A stretch of DNA of 64,000 nt from Macrostomum lignano (lineage: Eukaryota). The notes under the pieces were generated by a model that worked only from the letters and a program-made list of their open reading frames with translations, was not told the DNA's origin and did no database searches. Numbering within the stretch: position 1 is the first letter of the stretch; every line of letters starts with the position of its first letter. Below, piece by piece: positions 1 to 12,039 of this stretch. Position numbers and translations under genes: made by a program. Location: assembly GCA_002269645.1 (NCBI GenBank), contig NIVC01000297.1:1-64000 (forward strand), written 5' to 3'.

Positions 1-55
1 ATTGAAGCATGTTCCATCAATTCATTTCAAAGGCCAATTCAGTTTCTAACACAAG

Positions 56-3000
56 ACCATCGCCCTCACGCACCCAATGAAGGAGTTTCGCTTCCAGAGC
101 ATCAGACCAGGCGATCAGAACTTGTTTACCTACTCAGCCTTCCATGACCGGAGGGACAGCTCGAGCAGGCCAGTGGTCCGAGTGCTTGCCGTTGCTTCGT
201 TTGGAGGCGGAGGCAAAGTGCTCTGCCAGCTGTGGTATCGGCGAGCGGCCTCAGTCATGGCGGCCGTGCCGGCTGAAATCGAAGTTATGCCCGATGGTGA
301 GGGCCAGAGCTACGAATCTGGTCTAATAGCTGCAAGAACCCGGCCGCTGATGGGGAGGTGCCGTATGCCGTGTCATTCGTCAGGTGAGTGACCAAACTGA
401 ACACGGTTCCATTTTGATGAAAAAACTGACCAAATCTTATTTTAGACTCTGTATTAAATTCAAAAATACCAAGATGTCAAGTGTGAAGTACTTAGGGTTG
501 TTTCGAGGGGTCTGTAGGTCTTTGAATCCCACGCTGCCACCAGTGAAGTACAAAGCTTCTGCTTCCCGGTTTAGGCACTTAAGTTTACCTTAAGTCATGA
601 GCCTCTTCTCTCGTAAGCCTTCTTCGTAGCTCTCAGACGCGTAGGTGGTGCTGCCACCAGTTCCTTCAGGTCTCGGCCTTCGATGAGGTGAGCTTCCCGT
701 CGGAACGAAATAACGAAGTCAACGAACTCAGCACAACGTGCAGATTTGCAGCTCAACGTACACGGCAGGGCGTTCGTCAGCAGTACCTGCCAGGCTTGGT
801 TGGTGGATGGGAGGGCTTTGTTAGCCTCTCACAGGCTTGGGGTTTGCTTTAGATGGGTCTCAGTCAGACCAATAGCAGAGAACTCAATGTACGCAGACAG
901 AGAACGGGTGTTCAATCTCAGACAAGGGCGCACACGGGGTCTTAGAAGACGAAACTCTCAGAAGACCAAGTCTCGGAAAACTCCTTGACGGAAACAAGGG
1001 GAGAAGGGTCCTATTTATAGAGCGGGATTCTCCTCCGCACAAGACCTCGCACAAGACCTCCGCACGAGACCTTAGAATTGACGTCACTTGAGGTCTGCGG
1101 GCACAGTGCGCCAGGCTGTGACTCAGTGTCTATTTTTAGAAACATGAGTCACTCCTCTCCTTAGGAAAGGGTCTTAGGCACGTGATTCTCCCGTAAACAG
1201 GACCAGCGAGTTTCTTTAGGACTCCAAGAAAACAAGGCCTGTCATGTGAGCAAGTCACATGACAGGAGAAACGGGACTGGAACGAAACAAGGACAGCCCG
1301 CAGCAGAGAAGCTGGAGGCTGAGAACTGGAGCACAGAAAACGAACAGCAAAGAGAGAGAGGGCAGCAAACAGACAGACAAAAGGGAGGCGGGAAGCTGAC
1401 CAGCGGCAGACAGCAACCCAGGGCGAGGGCGCGGGCGAGGAAACTGCTGCCTAAGTGCGACGCCTAACATTAAACTAGCGGCTCACTACAAGTGCATTGA
1501 AATTGATTTTTGTAAAATTTGTAAATAGATGGTAAATAGCTCGTAAACCCTTTCCAATGCTCCTTGCTACTAAGCGTTTCACAATTTCGACACGTAGGAC
1601 ACTGCAATTACTAAATTCGATATTGAAATGTGGACTGACTGACTGACTCGACGAAGACTTTGACGAGTAGAAAAAATCTTTCGAAGCAGTCGCTCTCTTG
1701 TTGAAGTGCTGAGCGCTTCTCGAATCTGTAAAACCTTCAAAAGCGTGAAATGGAGAAAGAGGCGGCTGGCTCTCCTTAGTAGCGGGTAAGAGTTCACGGT
1801 GGAAGAATCGAGCTCAGCTAGCCCGCATTGATAGCGTCAAGATCCTCGTAAGTCGCATGAAAATCGCGCCATTAGCCTAAGGAAACTTACCTATTTGGAC
1901 CTGAAAATCATGGGAGCCTGCGTGATCCAAGGTCAGATGCTAAATAAAGTAGGATTGTCATACATTGGTCGCGTGACTCAGGGTCACTTGCGTATGTGGC
2001 AGTCACGTGCTTTTCTGTGCTAAAACAGAACAGACGATGAGTCATTTTTACTCGCGCATGCGAGTTCCGCCGTCTCCGCTTGCAGCCCACGAATGTGGCA
2101 GTGGCTTGCGGAAGCGGGTGTTGGCAGACACCATGTCCTGCCTCTCCAGGAAGTCCTCCAGTGCTCTGCTGTTGCCGTTCTCACGAGACGTCACAAACAG
2201 TCACGACCTACAAAAACCGCGTTTAGGTCTCCGAGGGCGACCGCTGTGTCACGCAGCGACAGCTCTGCTGCAGCTTTGGTCCTATCAGCGCTCCAACACC
2301 TCCACGTCTGGTTGGTCCGCCGATGTGTAGAAAAGGATCCATCCGGCACACAGGTCCTTACAGTGAATCCCCGGTCAGCCTTGATACACCTCCTGCAGAG
2401 ATTATATCACAGCTTAGGTCGAGCGCTAGCTTTGTCAGAGCTCCTCTCCGCAAGGCGACCTTGAGGGTGTTCAGCATCCCGACCTTGTGCCTTGTGGTAC
2501 CGTTGAAATAAGCTTTACAGTCGCTGGCGCCAACCAGAAGATCGGCATGGGCCAGCGCAGCAGCAGCTCGTCGGGCGGCACCACGTAGCCGACCGCGCCG
2601 ATTTCGCTCACGCCGACGCACGTTCGTTCGCTCCGCTGCCCTAGCTTGGTCCTGCCACTGTTTGCCGCTTGAAGGTACACCATTTTACCTCAATTTTCAT
2701 TCAAACTCAGTTCCTCTTTCGACAGTGAGAACTTCATCTTCCACACTTCAAGCTTAGCATCTCTGAAACTGCATCCACTTCAGACAAACTCCCTTTCATC
2801 ACAACTGAAAGTGAAGGTCAATTCTAACCTCTACAAAATGCTTCTCTGTGTTCAATTTGTACCAAATTATACAGTTGTTCATTAAAGCAGTGTACAATCA
2901 GAATCTCCTTTCTGTACGGATAGCTTCGCACCAAAGCAAACTAAAATTTTGGAAAACGAAATTACACCACAGAGATAGGCACATGTCTAAAAGATTAAAG

Positions 3001-6000
3001 ACTTCACCCACTTTCGACAAAGTCCACTTCATATCAACAGTCTATGGTCCAGACCTACTGAAACCTCGATATGAAAAGCTAATATAAAAATCTTTGATTA
3101 GGGCTACGTCAAACATCATTCACAATATACTAAATCTCTTAGATCCGACCGGTATTTCAGTCTACAGCCTGAATGCCTGAACCGATTTTTAATAAATGGT
3201 ACATGAAGAGACGCTGACGGACCCGCTCGAATGAAAAGTAGATGCGGCCCATGCTGGCCTGCTGCTCGCCACTTTCAGGATCAGCGACGAGCAATTTTTT
3301 TTTCAAACGCGGCACTTTTTTCACCGCGCCTGCCTGGTCCGTCCAAACGACCTTTTGCGCCGTCAGCGACTCTAAATGGCAGGCCACATCGTCCACGCCG
3401 TCGTACTGCCCACAGCCGATGCAGGAGATGCTGCTGCTGACGCTGCAGACAACCTACCGGCGGCAACAGGCGCGCACTTGGCATTTCGGCGACTGCCATT
3501 CGTTCGCTACCTCGCGCAGAGGCGCGCCCTGTGACGCTTCCTTCTAATAACCCTGACAGAGTATCTTGTTGTTGTTGCTCCGGATAATCTTTCAGACCGA
3601 ACGGCAGTTTATTCATCACGTACATGTATAAGGTGCATAAAAAGCTGTTAGCAGTCCATACAGGGAAAGCCTCACATTGTATCAAAGGGAAAGTGAAGAG
3701 AGAAAATTTTGGTCCCAACATTTTACATATCAGTTTTTATTGATCCTCTGATAGTCTTGGGTAACGGTCCTAAATGATGAATTCGCTGAGATTCTGGGGT
3801 CAAGGAACAAGCGTAGTGTCCTATCTGGTTTCCAGACTATGACTAAATCGGAGACCCACTCAGTCGGCTGAGTGCATTTCGACTGAAGCTCAGAATAGAA
3901 GCTGAAGCTCAGAATACAAACTGAAGCTCAGAATCCCAACTGAAGCTTAGAATCCCAACTGAAGCTCAGAATCCCAACTGAAGCTCAGAATCCCAACTGA
4001 AGCTCAGAATCCCAACTGAAGCTCAGAATTCCAACTGAAGCTCAGAATACAAACTGAAGCTCAGAATACAAACTGAAGCTCAGAATACAAACTGAAGCTC
4101 AGAATACAACTGAAGCTCAGAATACAAACTGAAGCTCAGAATACAAACTGAAGCTCAGAATACAAACTGAAGCTCAGAATACAAACTGAAGCTCAGAATA
4201 CAAACTGAAGCTCAGAATACAAACTGAAGCTCAGAATACAAACTGAAGCTCAGAATACAAACTGAAGCTCAGAATACAAACTGAAGCTCAGAATACAAAC
4301 TGAAGCTCAGAATACAAACTGAAGCTCAGAATACAAACTGAAGCTCAGAATACAAACTGAAGCTCAGAATACAAACTGAAGCTCAGAATACAAACTGAAC
4401 CTCAGAATACAAACTGAAGCTCAGAATACAAACTTGTAAAGCCGAGAATTTAGAGTAAGTTTACGAAGTATATTTTGATGCACGATAATTTACGAGCGAT
4501 TAAATAGTCAGCGATGATAGATCGATTAAAGTGACTCACCCAACTGGGGTGGTGGGCATGTACAGAGAAGAAAGCGAGATGCAAGTACATATACTAATAG
4601 AGCAGCCCTCACCCGACGGCCCAAACCAAACGCAACCCTACATCACTCTCCCCCAAGAAAAATACATGGGATAAAAAACGGGATAAAACAAAAGCAAACA
4701 AAAAAAAGTTCATGCAACGCGAAAAAAGTCCCGATCAGAAATAAAGCACGTCAACAGGTCGCCGTGTAAAAATCCGGCCGCCGGCGCTGCCTGCCCGACC
4801 GGCGCACCGTGTTGCCGGGTTCAGCCGCGTCCGGGTTGCGCAGCGGCTCCCAGGCGTCCGGGCCGGCCAGCTGGCCCGCGGCGTCCTGGACGCTCTGACA
4901 GTCGTCCTCGGTGGCCGGCTTGGCTGGCGGCCTGCCGCTCAGATTCGGTCGGTCGATAAAGCGCTTCAAGCGGTCGTGGTGAACCAGCAAGCGGCGCCTG
5001 CCGTTCACAGCCTGCAGCCGGTAGTTCACAGGGCTGATCTTCTTAAGGACGATGAACGGGCCGGACCACCGGTTCGACAGCGACTTGCACTGGCCGCGCT
5101 TCATCGCATGGTGCGTCAGCATCACTCGGTCACCGGTCTTGAAGTCGGTAGTCTCTGCCCCTAGGTTGTAGAACTCGTGCTGCGATTTCTGGGCCGTGTG
5201 CAGGTGCGCCCGCACTACCTGAAAGCCGCGCCTGATTCTCGCCTGCAGGTCCGCGCAGTCCTGCGGCTGGTCGCGCTGCCCACCGAGTGCCAAGTCGACC
5301 GGCAGTCTGGGCTCGATGCCGCGGAGCACTTTGAACGGCGACTCGCCCGTGGAGCTGTGCTCAGAGCTGTTGTAGGCCCACACGACATATGGCAGCAGGG
5401 CATCCCAGCTGGCCTGATTCTCTGAGCAGAATGCGGAAAGCATGTTGCCCAGCGTCCTATTGAACCTCTCGACGTTCCCGTTGCCGCTGGGGTGAAACGG
5501 TGAGGTCCTCGATTTTTCTGCTCCGAGCAGCGCGCAGGTCTGCTTGAAAACTTCGGCCTCAAACTGGCGACCTTGGTCCGAGTGCACGACCTCCGAAACT
5601 CCGTGCCGCAGCACCACGCAGGTCACCAGAGCCTCGGCTACCGTCTTGGCGTCGATCTGGCCGAGGGCCGCCGCCTCCACCCACTTTGAAAATGTGTCGA
5701 CAAAGCAGATGATGTAGCGCTTGCCAGACTCGGTGACTGGCAGTGGGCCCTTGATGTCGAGTTGCATGACAGCCCACGGCTTGGCCGGTAGCGGCTGCCG
5801 CACCAGCTCAGCGAGCGCTCGCTTTGGCGCTCCCTTGCGTCGTTGGCAGACCAGGCAGCTCCGCACCCAGTCCCGCACGTCCTCGCGCATGTCCGGCCAC
5901 CAGGAACGCTCGCGCAGAGCCTGCAGCACCCGCCGCTGTCCGAGGTGACCCGCGCTCGGCCGGTCGTGCGCCTGTTGCAGCAGCTCCGCTCTCATGTGCT

Positions 6001-9000
6001 GAGGGATCACCGGCAACCCGTTGTGGAGCAGTGCGCCGTCCGGTGACAGCGTCAGATAGGGCAGCAGCTTCTGGACCGATGCACTCACCGCCGCCGGAAC
6101 TTGAAAGTTGGGCTGGAGCATCGCGTGCCGAACCCGCGTGCAGAACCTGGTCCTGGTCCTGCTCGTCAGGCAGATTAGCGATCTGGAACTGCACCGCCGC
6201 TGCTCGGCTGAGGGTGTCTGGCACGATGTTCTCCTTGCCGGGCCGGTACAGGATTTCCAGGGGGAACTCCTGAATGAGCTGTAGCCAACGTGCCAGCCGA
6301 CCGGTTGGTTCCTTCGCGTTGAGCAGCCCAGTGATCGGCTTGTGGTCGGTGAACACCTGGATCTTGCAGCTGTTGCTCAGGTACATGCGGAACTGCTTGA
6401 GGCTCCAAACAATCGCGAGCAGCTCCCGGTCCGTGGTGCTGTAGTTGCGCTCTGCCTTGCTCAGCGTCCGGGAAGCGTAGGCCACTGGCAGCTCCTGGCC
6501 GTCGCGCTCCTGGCTGAGCACCGCACCCAAGGCCACAGCACTGCTGTCACAGCTGATGACGATAGGCCTGCTGAAGTCGGGCAGCTGGAGCACCGGGGCC
6601 TGGGTCAGCGCGTCCTTCAACTTGTCCAGCACCGCAGCATGCTCTGACGTCCACACGAAGCCGCCGCCGCGCCTTTCTGAGCCAGGTGATGCAGCGGTTT
6701 GGCAATGTCAGAGAAGTTGGGCACAAACCTGCGGTAGAAGCTGAGCATGCCGATGATGCGTCGAACATCCTCCTCAGACTGCGGCTCCGGCATCCGCCTG
6801 ATCGCCTCGACCTTCTCCGCGGCAGGTGCGATGCCGCTCTCAGAGACTTGGTGACCCAGGTACGTGACGCTCCGGTAGGCAAAGAAGCTCTTGCCTGGGT
6901 TCAGCCATGTGCCTGCTTGGTCTTGGTCGTCACGTCCACCACTTTAACTGACCTTGGCGGTACCACGACGGCGCCCTGAACTCTGGCGATGATCACTGTG
7001 GGTACCAAGCAACAAGACAGCGGGCCATCTTGCTTGGAATCGCAGTTACTGAACGGAACCGCCTCACCATCGAATGCGACTGTCTTGGCACCCTGGTCGA
7101 TGCTGAACTGCGATCTGGCCGCCTTGCTCACGAAATCCATCCCCAGGATGAAGTTTGGGCGAATCCCTCTGACCACCAGCACGTCCATTTGTCTGCGCAG
7201 CTGATGACTGAGTCGCACCGTAATGCTCACGCTTCCTAACAGCTCGAGAACGGAGCCGTCCACGGACACAGGCCTGACATCTGCCGGCTTCAGCTCGCAG
7301 CGACCGTCCAGCTCTCTCAAAGCAACGTCGCTGATCAGCGAGGTCTGCGCTCCGGTGTCCAGCAGCCAGCGGCACGGCTTGCCGTTTGCCTCTCCAGGTA
7401 TAAAAATAGCATGAAGCACGGGATTGCTCCTTGGGGTTGGTGTGGGCCCGCACCCGTTGCACCAACCCTTAAAAGTTTCCCGGAGCCTTCGATGGGCAGA
7501 CAGAGGCCTTGTGCCCCCGCCCAGAGCACTTGTGGCAGATGATCGGACCCGGCTGTTTCTCTCGCTGCTGACATTGCGCTGCACGGTGTCCGAGCTGGCC
7601 GCAGTTGAAGCAGCCGCCTCCTCGCTGTTGACGGCGACGCCGAGTGTCGGTACCCGACTGTACGCTGACCCTCGCGATGAGCTCCTCCATGCGTTTCTCC
7701 AGTCGGTCCAGGCGGTCCTCGCTTGGTTCTGCCGATGATGTAGCGCTGACGGCCGACTGCCGCCACCGACTGTCGCCCAGCCAGCTCCTCCAGCCGAGCC
7801 GCCCGCTGCAGCAGAGTCTCCAGGCTGGGGGTCTCTGCGACCTCTGCCTTAAGCAGGTTGTCACGAATTTCGGCCTTGAGCAGCTTCAGAAGCTTGAAGC
7901 GCACATCTCGGTCTCGCTGAACAATTGAGTCCTCCGGTCTGGCTTTCTGGTGTAGCAGCTTCAGGTTAAAGCAGAGCTCACGCAGTGTCTCGGCATCTCC
8001 ACGTTTTTTCGCGTAGAAGTCGCTCATGGCCTTAAAGCTGTCCGCTTCGCCTCCATAAAACTTTGTGAGGTCCTCCTTTATACTTTTAAAACTCTTGTCT
8101 TGTCTCGGCCAGGTCATAGACGACCAGTTGGGCTTCTCCCGTGAGCAGCAGCTTCACCTTCGACGCTGAGGTCGCGTCATCCCATTTCGCATCGTTGGCG
8201 AATTCCTCAAAGATGCGCAGCCACTTTCTCACGTCTGTTCCACTGAACTTTGGCGGTAGAAGGGTGTTCTGGGCCATGAGTGCACTTGCACTGGGTTCTC
8301 GCTGCCACCAATGTAAGAGCCGAGAATTTAGAGTAAGTTTACGAAGTATATTTTGATGCACGATAATTTACGAGCGATTAAATAGTCAGCGATGATAGAT
8401 CGATTAAAGTGACTCACCCAACTGGGGTGGTGGGCATGTACAGAGAAGAAAGCGAGATGCAAGTACATATACTAATAGAGCAGCCCCCACCCCGACGGCC
8501 CAAACCAAACGCAACCCTACAAACTGAAGCTCAGAATACAAACTGAAGCTCAGAATACAAACTGAAGCTCAGAATACAAACTGAAGCTCAGAACCCCAAC
8601 TGAAGCTCAGAATACAAACTGAAGCTCAGAACCTCAACTGGTCGCATCTGCCCGCAGGTCGGCCTGTGGTCAGCCCCACGCAGTGCACCCGGTGATTCCG
8701 CTGCCGTCCGAGCCGGTGCGCAACGGCAGATTCGCTGTGTGCATGTCACCTCTTCAGTCCAAGTACGACAAGGTGGACGAGCTGGTGCAGACGCTGGAAC
8801 TGAACCGCCTTTTCGGTGCCGACCATTTCTTTGTGTACAAGCACTCAACGAGCAGGCGAGTGACCGAGCTGCTTTCAAATAATCATGTGAGTGGCCTTGA
8901 ACCTTTGCAGTGCTTCCTAACTGTTTATTCAAACAAAACATGTAATTTTGACTTTATAAATATTGACTTCCAATGTTTTCCCTCAAAAGTTGAAGAATAA

Positions 9001-9765
9001 TATACATAATATGCATACATTTGTAGCTCTGTATATCCATGGCTACACGTACCTCTTATATTACTTCGCCTACAAGTGTATGAAGCCAACCATCATAACA
9101 AACATCTTCACCTGCAGTTCGCCAGTGACGTCACAGTACTTCCCTTCCACCCACCACTAAAAGTTGACGGCAAGACCAAATCGTCGGATTCCGCAGAAGA
9201 AGTGAAGTACTACGGTACCATAGTAATGCTGCAGGACTGTGTACTGCGAACTGCAGCACAGTACGAGTTCGTGGTTTCCACCGATACGGACGAAGTGATT
9301 GTGCCGAGAGGTGAGGGGTTTCGCAGCTGGCGGGACCTGACCCGAGCTTTCATGTCGGACAGTAGCATCGGTGGTCTGTTGTTTCAGAACTCTTTTTTCC
9401 GTCTTGAATGGCCCAGCGATCCCGGGGTATCGGCCAACACTACAATCTCCGGCCTGAAGCTGAACACTCTGCTGAAGCTGAACCGCGAGGCTGAGGTGCA
9501 CGTCCATGGCTCCCGGTCAAAGATGATCATCAAGCCACACTTTGTGCTAATGCATGGCGTGAACTATGTATGGCAGTATTTGAACGAGCGAAACACGGAG
9601 TTTATAAAGTACAACGTAGCTGGCCTACATCACTATTCGATTGGCGGGTCCAGAGAAATGCATCGAGACGACTACGTGCGGGATCCGCTGATGCTGCGGT
9701 ACCGGGAGCAGCTGGTTGCTAAGGTCTTGCAGGCCCGGACTGCTCTGGGCTTGCCGGTCAGTTGA
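56..9765 (+). CDS. Glycosyltransferase family 92 (galt-1-like) protein; 5' end probably outside window; one apparent frameshift
   Basis: Exons 56-383, 8658-8886, 9118-9765. Splicing is phase-consistent: VPYAVSFV-R-SACGQPHAVHPVIP across GT 384/AG 8657, then LSNNH|FASDV. Motifs FTYSAFHD, LCQLWY, FAVCMSPL, ELNRLFGADHFFVY, DxD motif STDTDEVIVP, SRSKMII and GLHHY fit GT92. A +1 nt correction is needed near 322-330 (YESGLI then SCKNP). Confidence 0.8.
522..542 (-). other. Primer binding site (tRNA-Leu type)
   Basis: Minus strand TGGTGGCAGCGTGGGATTCAA is nearly the exact complement of the eukaryotic tRNA-Leu 3' end (TTCGAATCCCACCGCTGCCA-CCA). Confidence 0.65.
544..1469 (-). mobile_element. Orphan 5' LTR (~926 bp) of a truncated LTR retrotransposon
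   Basis: The minus strand starts TGTTAGG and ends TACTTCA. It is followed after 1 nt by a tRNA-Leu-type PBS, and TATAAATA lies at 1012-1019 (minus). No partner LTR or TSD was found. Confidence 0.55.
2045..2640 (-). mobile_element. Degenerate non-LTR retrotransposon (LINE) AP-endonuclease fragment
   Basis: Frameshifted pieces contain APE motifs in order: KVGMLN, DII/SLQEV, GGVGALIGP, VALGDLNAV, ENGNSRALEDFLERQDMVSANTRFRKP, ATFVG. Confidence 0.7.
3883..4434. repeat. 19-bp minisatellite CTGAAGCTCAGAATACAAA, left part (continues 8522-8639)
   Basis: Direct tandem units. The array is split by the Gypsy insertion. Confidence 0.95.
4751..7480 (-). pseudogene. pol of the Gypsy element (PR, partial RT, RH, IN) with a deletion and frameshifts
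   Basis: ORF-track pieces 6901-7584, 5808-6656 and 4751-6121, plus an RT C-terminal piece at about 6670-6900. Confidence 0.9.
7469..8278 (-). pseudogene. gag of the Gypsy element, split by frameshifts
   Basis: Pieces in three frames: MAQNTLLPPKFSG.., DKSFKSIKEDL.., and CFNCGQLGHRAAQC / CHKCSGRGHKASVC ending PGNF*. Confidence 0.85.
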
Positions 9766-10780
9766 TCTGCTCATTAGCAGGATTTCAGCTCTGGCTTCTA
9801 CTGCGTACTGGTACCAGGCCTAAAGAAGCTACATTCAGTGTTCTGAAAGTAATCACGTCATGCAAAAACTAATGGCACCAATAGTGATTTTATAACGTCT
9901 CTTAATGATAGCACTAGAATGAAATTCTAAATAAAGTTTAGACTACAAATTTCAAAGTGTTGCCTAACTTTTTCAAAATATATTCAAGCTGCGAACTTAG
10001 AAGCCTCAAACAGGGGCCGATTCGATAATTCAGCCAAGTCTGTAGCGATGCTACCGCAAATGAGCGTCGCTAACGAGGTTGACTTTATTTAACCCCTCCC
10101 AACTTACTGGCTTCATCTTCAAGAATTCCGACTTGCCGAGGCTTTCAGCCGTGACGTGTTTGGAGTGCGTTTCGAGTTAGAGTAATTCATAACGCGTATT
10201 AGCAACATGGGTTCAGTGGGCGGCAGAATAACTGAACGAACGGCCTTGTGCAGCCCCGTGGAGGCATTCATGCACTCAACTTGGCAGACTCATGCGATTG
10301 AAATTGTAGGCGATTCAAATGAAGTGCGATGACGGTGATGCCAATTCAATGTTTAATTGGGTTGGCGTCGATGGGGTCTGTGCCTGTTTGCATGATGAGG
10401 GGCTATGTGGGTTGGCGTCGATGTGGACTGTGCCTGTTTGCATGATGAGGGGCTCAGTGACGGTGCGAGGCTCGAATGCTGCAGATGGCGCCTCATCGGA
10501 TCAATTGGCAGCGATGCTTCATTTTTCTAGTTGCTAAGGAGGTTTACTTTATTTCCCAGTGTGGACCATATGTGCAGCATATTTATGTCCGGCTATAATC
10601 TGCGCAGAATCGTATTTCTGAGGATTTGGAGTTTTATTGCGTCAGGCCAAGTAAATACGTTTCATAAGTCTATTGCCAGGCTAGAAATTACTCTTCTGTG
10701 GTTTACTTCCGGGCCAAAAATTTCTGTTAGCGTCTTAGTATAGTGCTGGTAGCGTCTTAATCTAATTCTGATAGCGTCTT

Positions 10781-11188
10781 AGCAGGGGCGTCGCCATGGA
10801 TTTTATGGTGGGGGGACAAAGCCAAGAATTCAACATGTACATGACTAAATTTTGGCACTCATTTTGGCGCCACAGGCACTCATTTTAGCGCCTCAGGCAC
10901 TCCTTTTAGCGCCTCAGGCACTCCTTTTAGCGCCTCAGGCACTCCTTTTAGCGCCGCAGGCACTCCTTTTAGCGCCGCAGGCACTCATTTTAGCCCCGCA
11001 GGCACTCATTTTAGCGCCGCAAGACTCATTTTGGCGCCGAAGGCGCTATATTTTGGCGCCCTGAAGAAAATTATTGATTACCACGGCTCACAAGGTGGGG
11101 TGGGGGCCAAAGCATTGCCATGCCCCCCCATAGCTTTTACTGGGGGGACATCCCCCTGCCCCCCCCCCCCGGTGGCGACGCGCCTGCT
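10781..11188. mobile_element. MITE-like element with 16-bp TIRs and an internal 21-bp tandem repeat
   Basis: AGCAGGGGCGTCGCCA ... TGGCGACGCGCCTGCT (1 mismatch), with TCTT flanking both sides. It is inserted into a short CTGGTAGCGTCTTAGTATAGTT repeat. A diverged relative starts at about 15489. Confidence 0.7.
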
Positions 11189-12039
11189 TCTTAGTAAAGT
11201 TCTGGTAGCGTCTTAGTATAGTTCTGGTAGCGTCTTAGTATAGTTCTGGTAGGCCCGAGCGGTCTTCTGGTACATGCACTATTCTTCAGTCTGGGCGTTA
11301 CCGAGATTAGAAGGTCACGGCGTTACTCTTGGTATCCCCTTTACTCCCAGTTCCCTTCCCTTAGCGGATATCTCCGAATGCTTCTTAGGATTTCTCACTG
11401 CAAAATGACTAACACTTATTAATCTGATAATGAATTTAATGAACTTTCCTAGAAACTTATAAACGCTTCCACAGTAGTATAGTAGTAGTAGTATAGACGC
11501 AGAGGACTCAAAGAGCCATATAGCGCACAAGCATGCTTCATGGTGCCAGCTCGTCCACGTGAATAAAACTATTCATGCTTCATTGCAGAAGGTTCTATTC
11601 ATCCATGCTTCGGACACGCTTGGGCTGAGGCTTTGCTTCGTCTCGACCAAAGATCATGTAAACACAAGATGAGCATTAACCGCTTATGTGGTCATAGAAG
11701 CTAATGTAAAAAAATTCGCATTTCGCGACAGCGTGAAAATAAACTACTGAACTCAATTTCGTCAGTAGTCTACTAGAGCATCCAACAGGCCGTTGCCGAG
11801 CGCCTTACTGAATCCAATTCCAGGCACAGGCAAGCCAGTGTTCTGATTGAACATTCGCCCACGGCCACGGAGATGGCATACAAAGTCGATTTCTTCACGC
11901 TGCAACCCAGAAATCTCGCCTCCTTCTATCATGTTCTCAGAACGCACTTTGTCAGTCGTTCTTTTAGGCGCAGAACTAAAATGAAATACAGTTTGCATTT
12001 TGTGCCATAGACAAATTCCATTTTCTTGCGGGCCAAGAA

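Larger units (their letters stand above)
4435..8521 (-). mobile_element. Ty3/Gypsy LTR retrotransposon, 4087 bp, internally deleted (no RT catalytic core)
   Basis: LTRs at 4435-4642 and 8312-8521 (TG..CA, 3 differences). 4-bp TSD AACT at 4431-4434 and 8522-8525. PBS TGGTGGCAGCG at 8300-8310; PPT GGGGGAGAGTGA at 4643-4654. Domain order: gag with two CCHC knuckles, protease LLDTGA, RT C-terminus only (YLGH, GMLSFYRRF), RNase H (CDSS..LGAVL, RELLAI, TDHK), integrase (H..H, C..C, QLDI, SDQG, VERFN, GPF). Confidence 0.95.

Noticed and set aside
522-542. tRNA-Leu gene
   Set aside because: Only the 3' ~21 nt including CCA match. There is no cloverleaf, and it abuts an LTR end, so it is a PBS.
1891-1900. 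10-nt minus-strand microexon (TTTTCAG|GTCCAAATAG|GTAAGT) and a nested antisense gene
   Set aside because: The splice signals look good, but neighbouring candidate exons have stops or no recognisable product, so it cannot be supported without RNA data.
3157-3460. Minus-strand ORF (SCIGCGQYDG..RIYFSF)
   Set aside because: No recognisable domain or gene context.
11762-11998. Minus-strand terminal exon candidate
   Set aside because: It has an acceptor-like site but no recognisable homology or linked exons.
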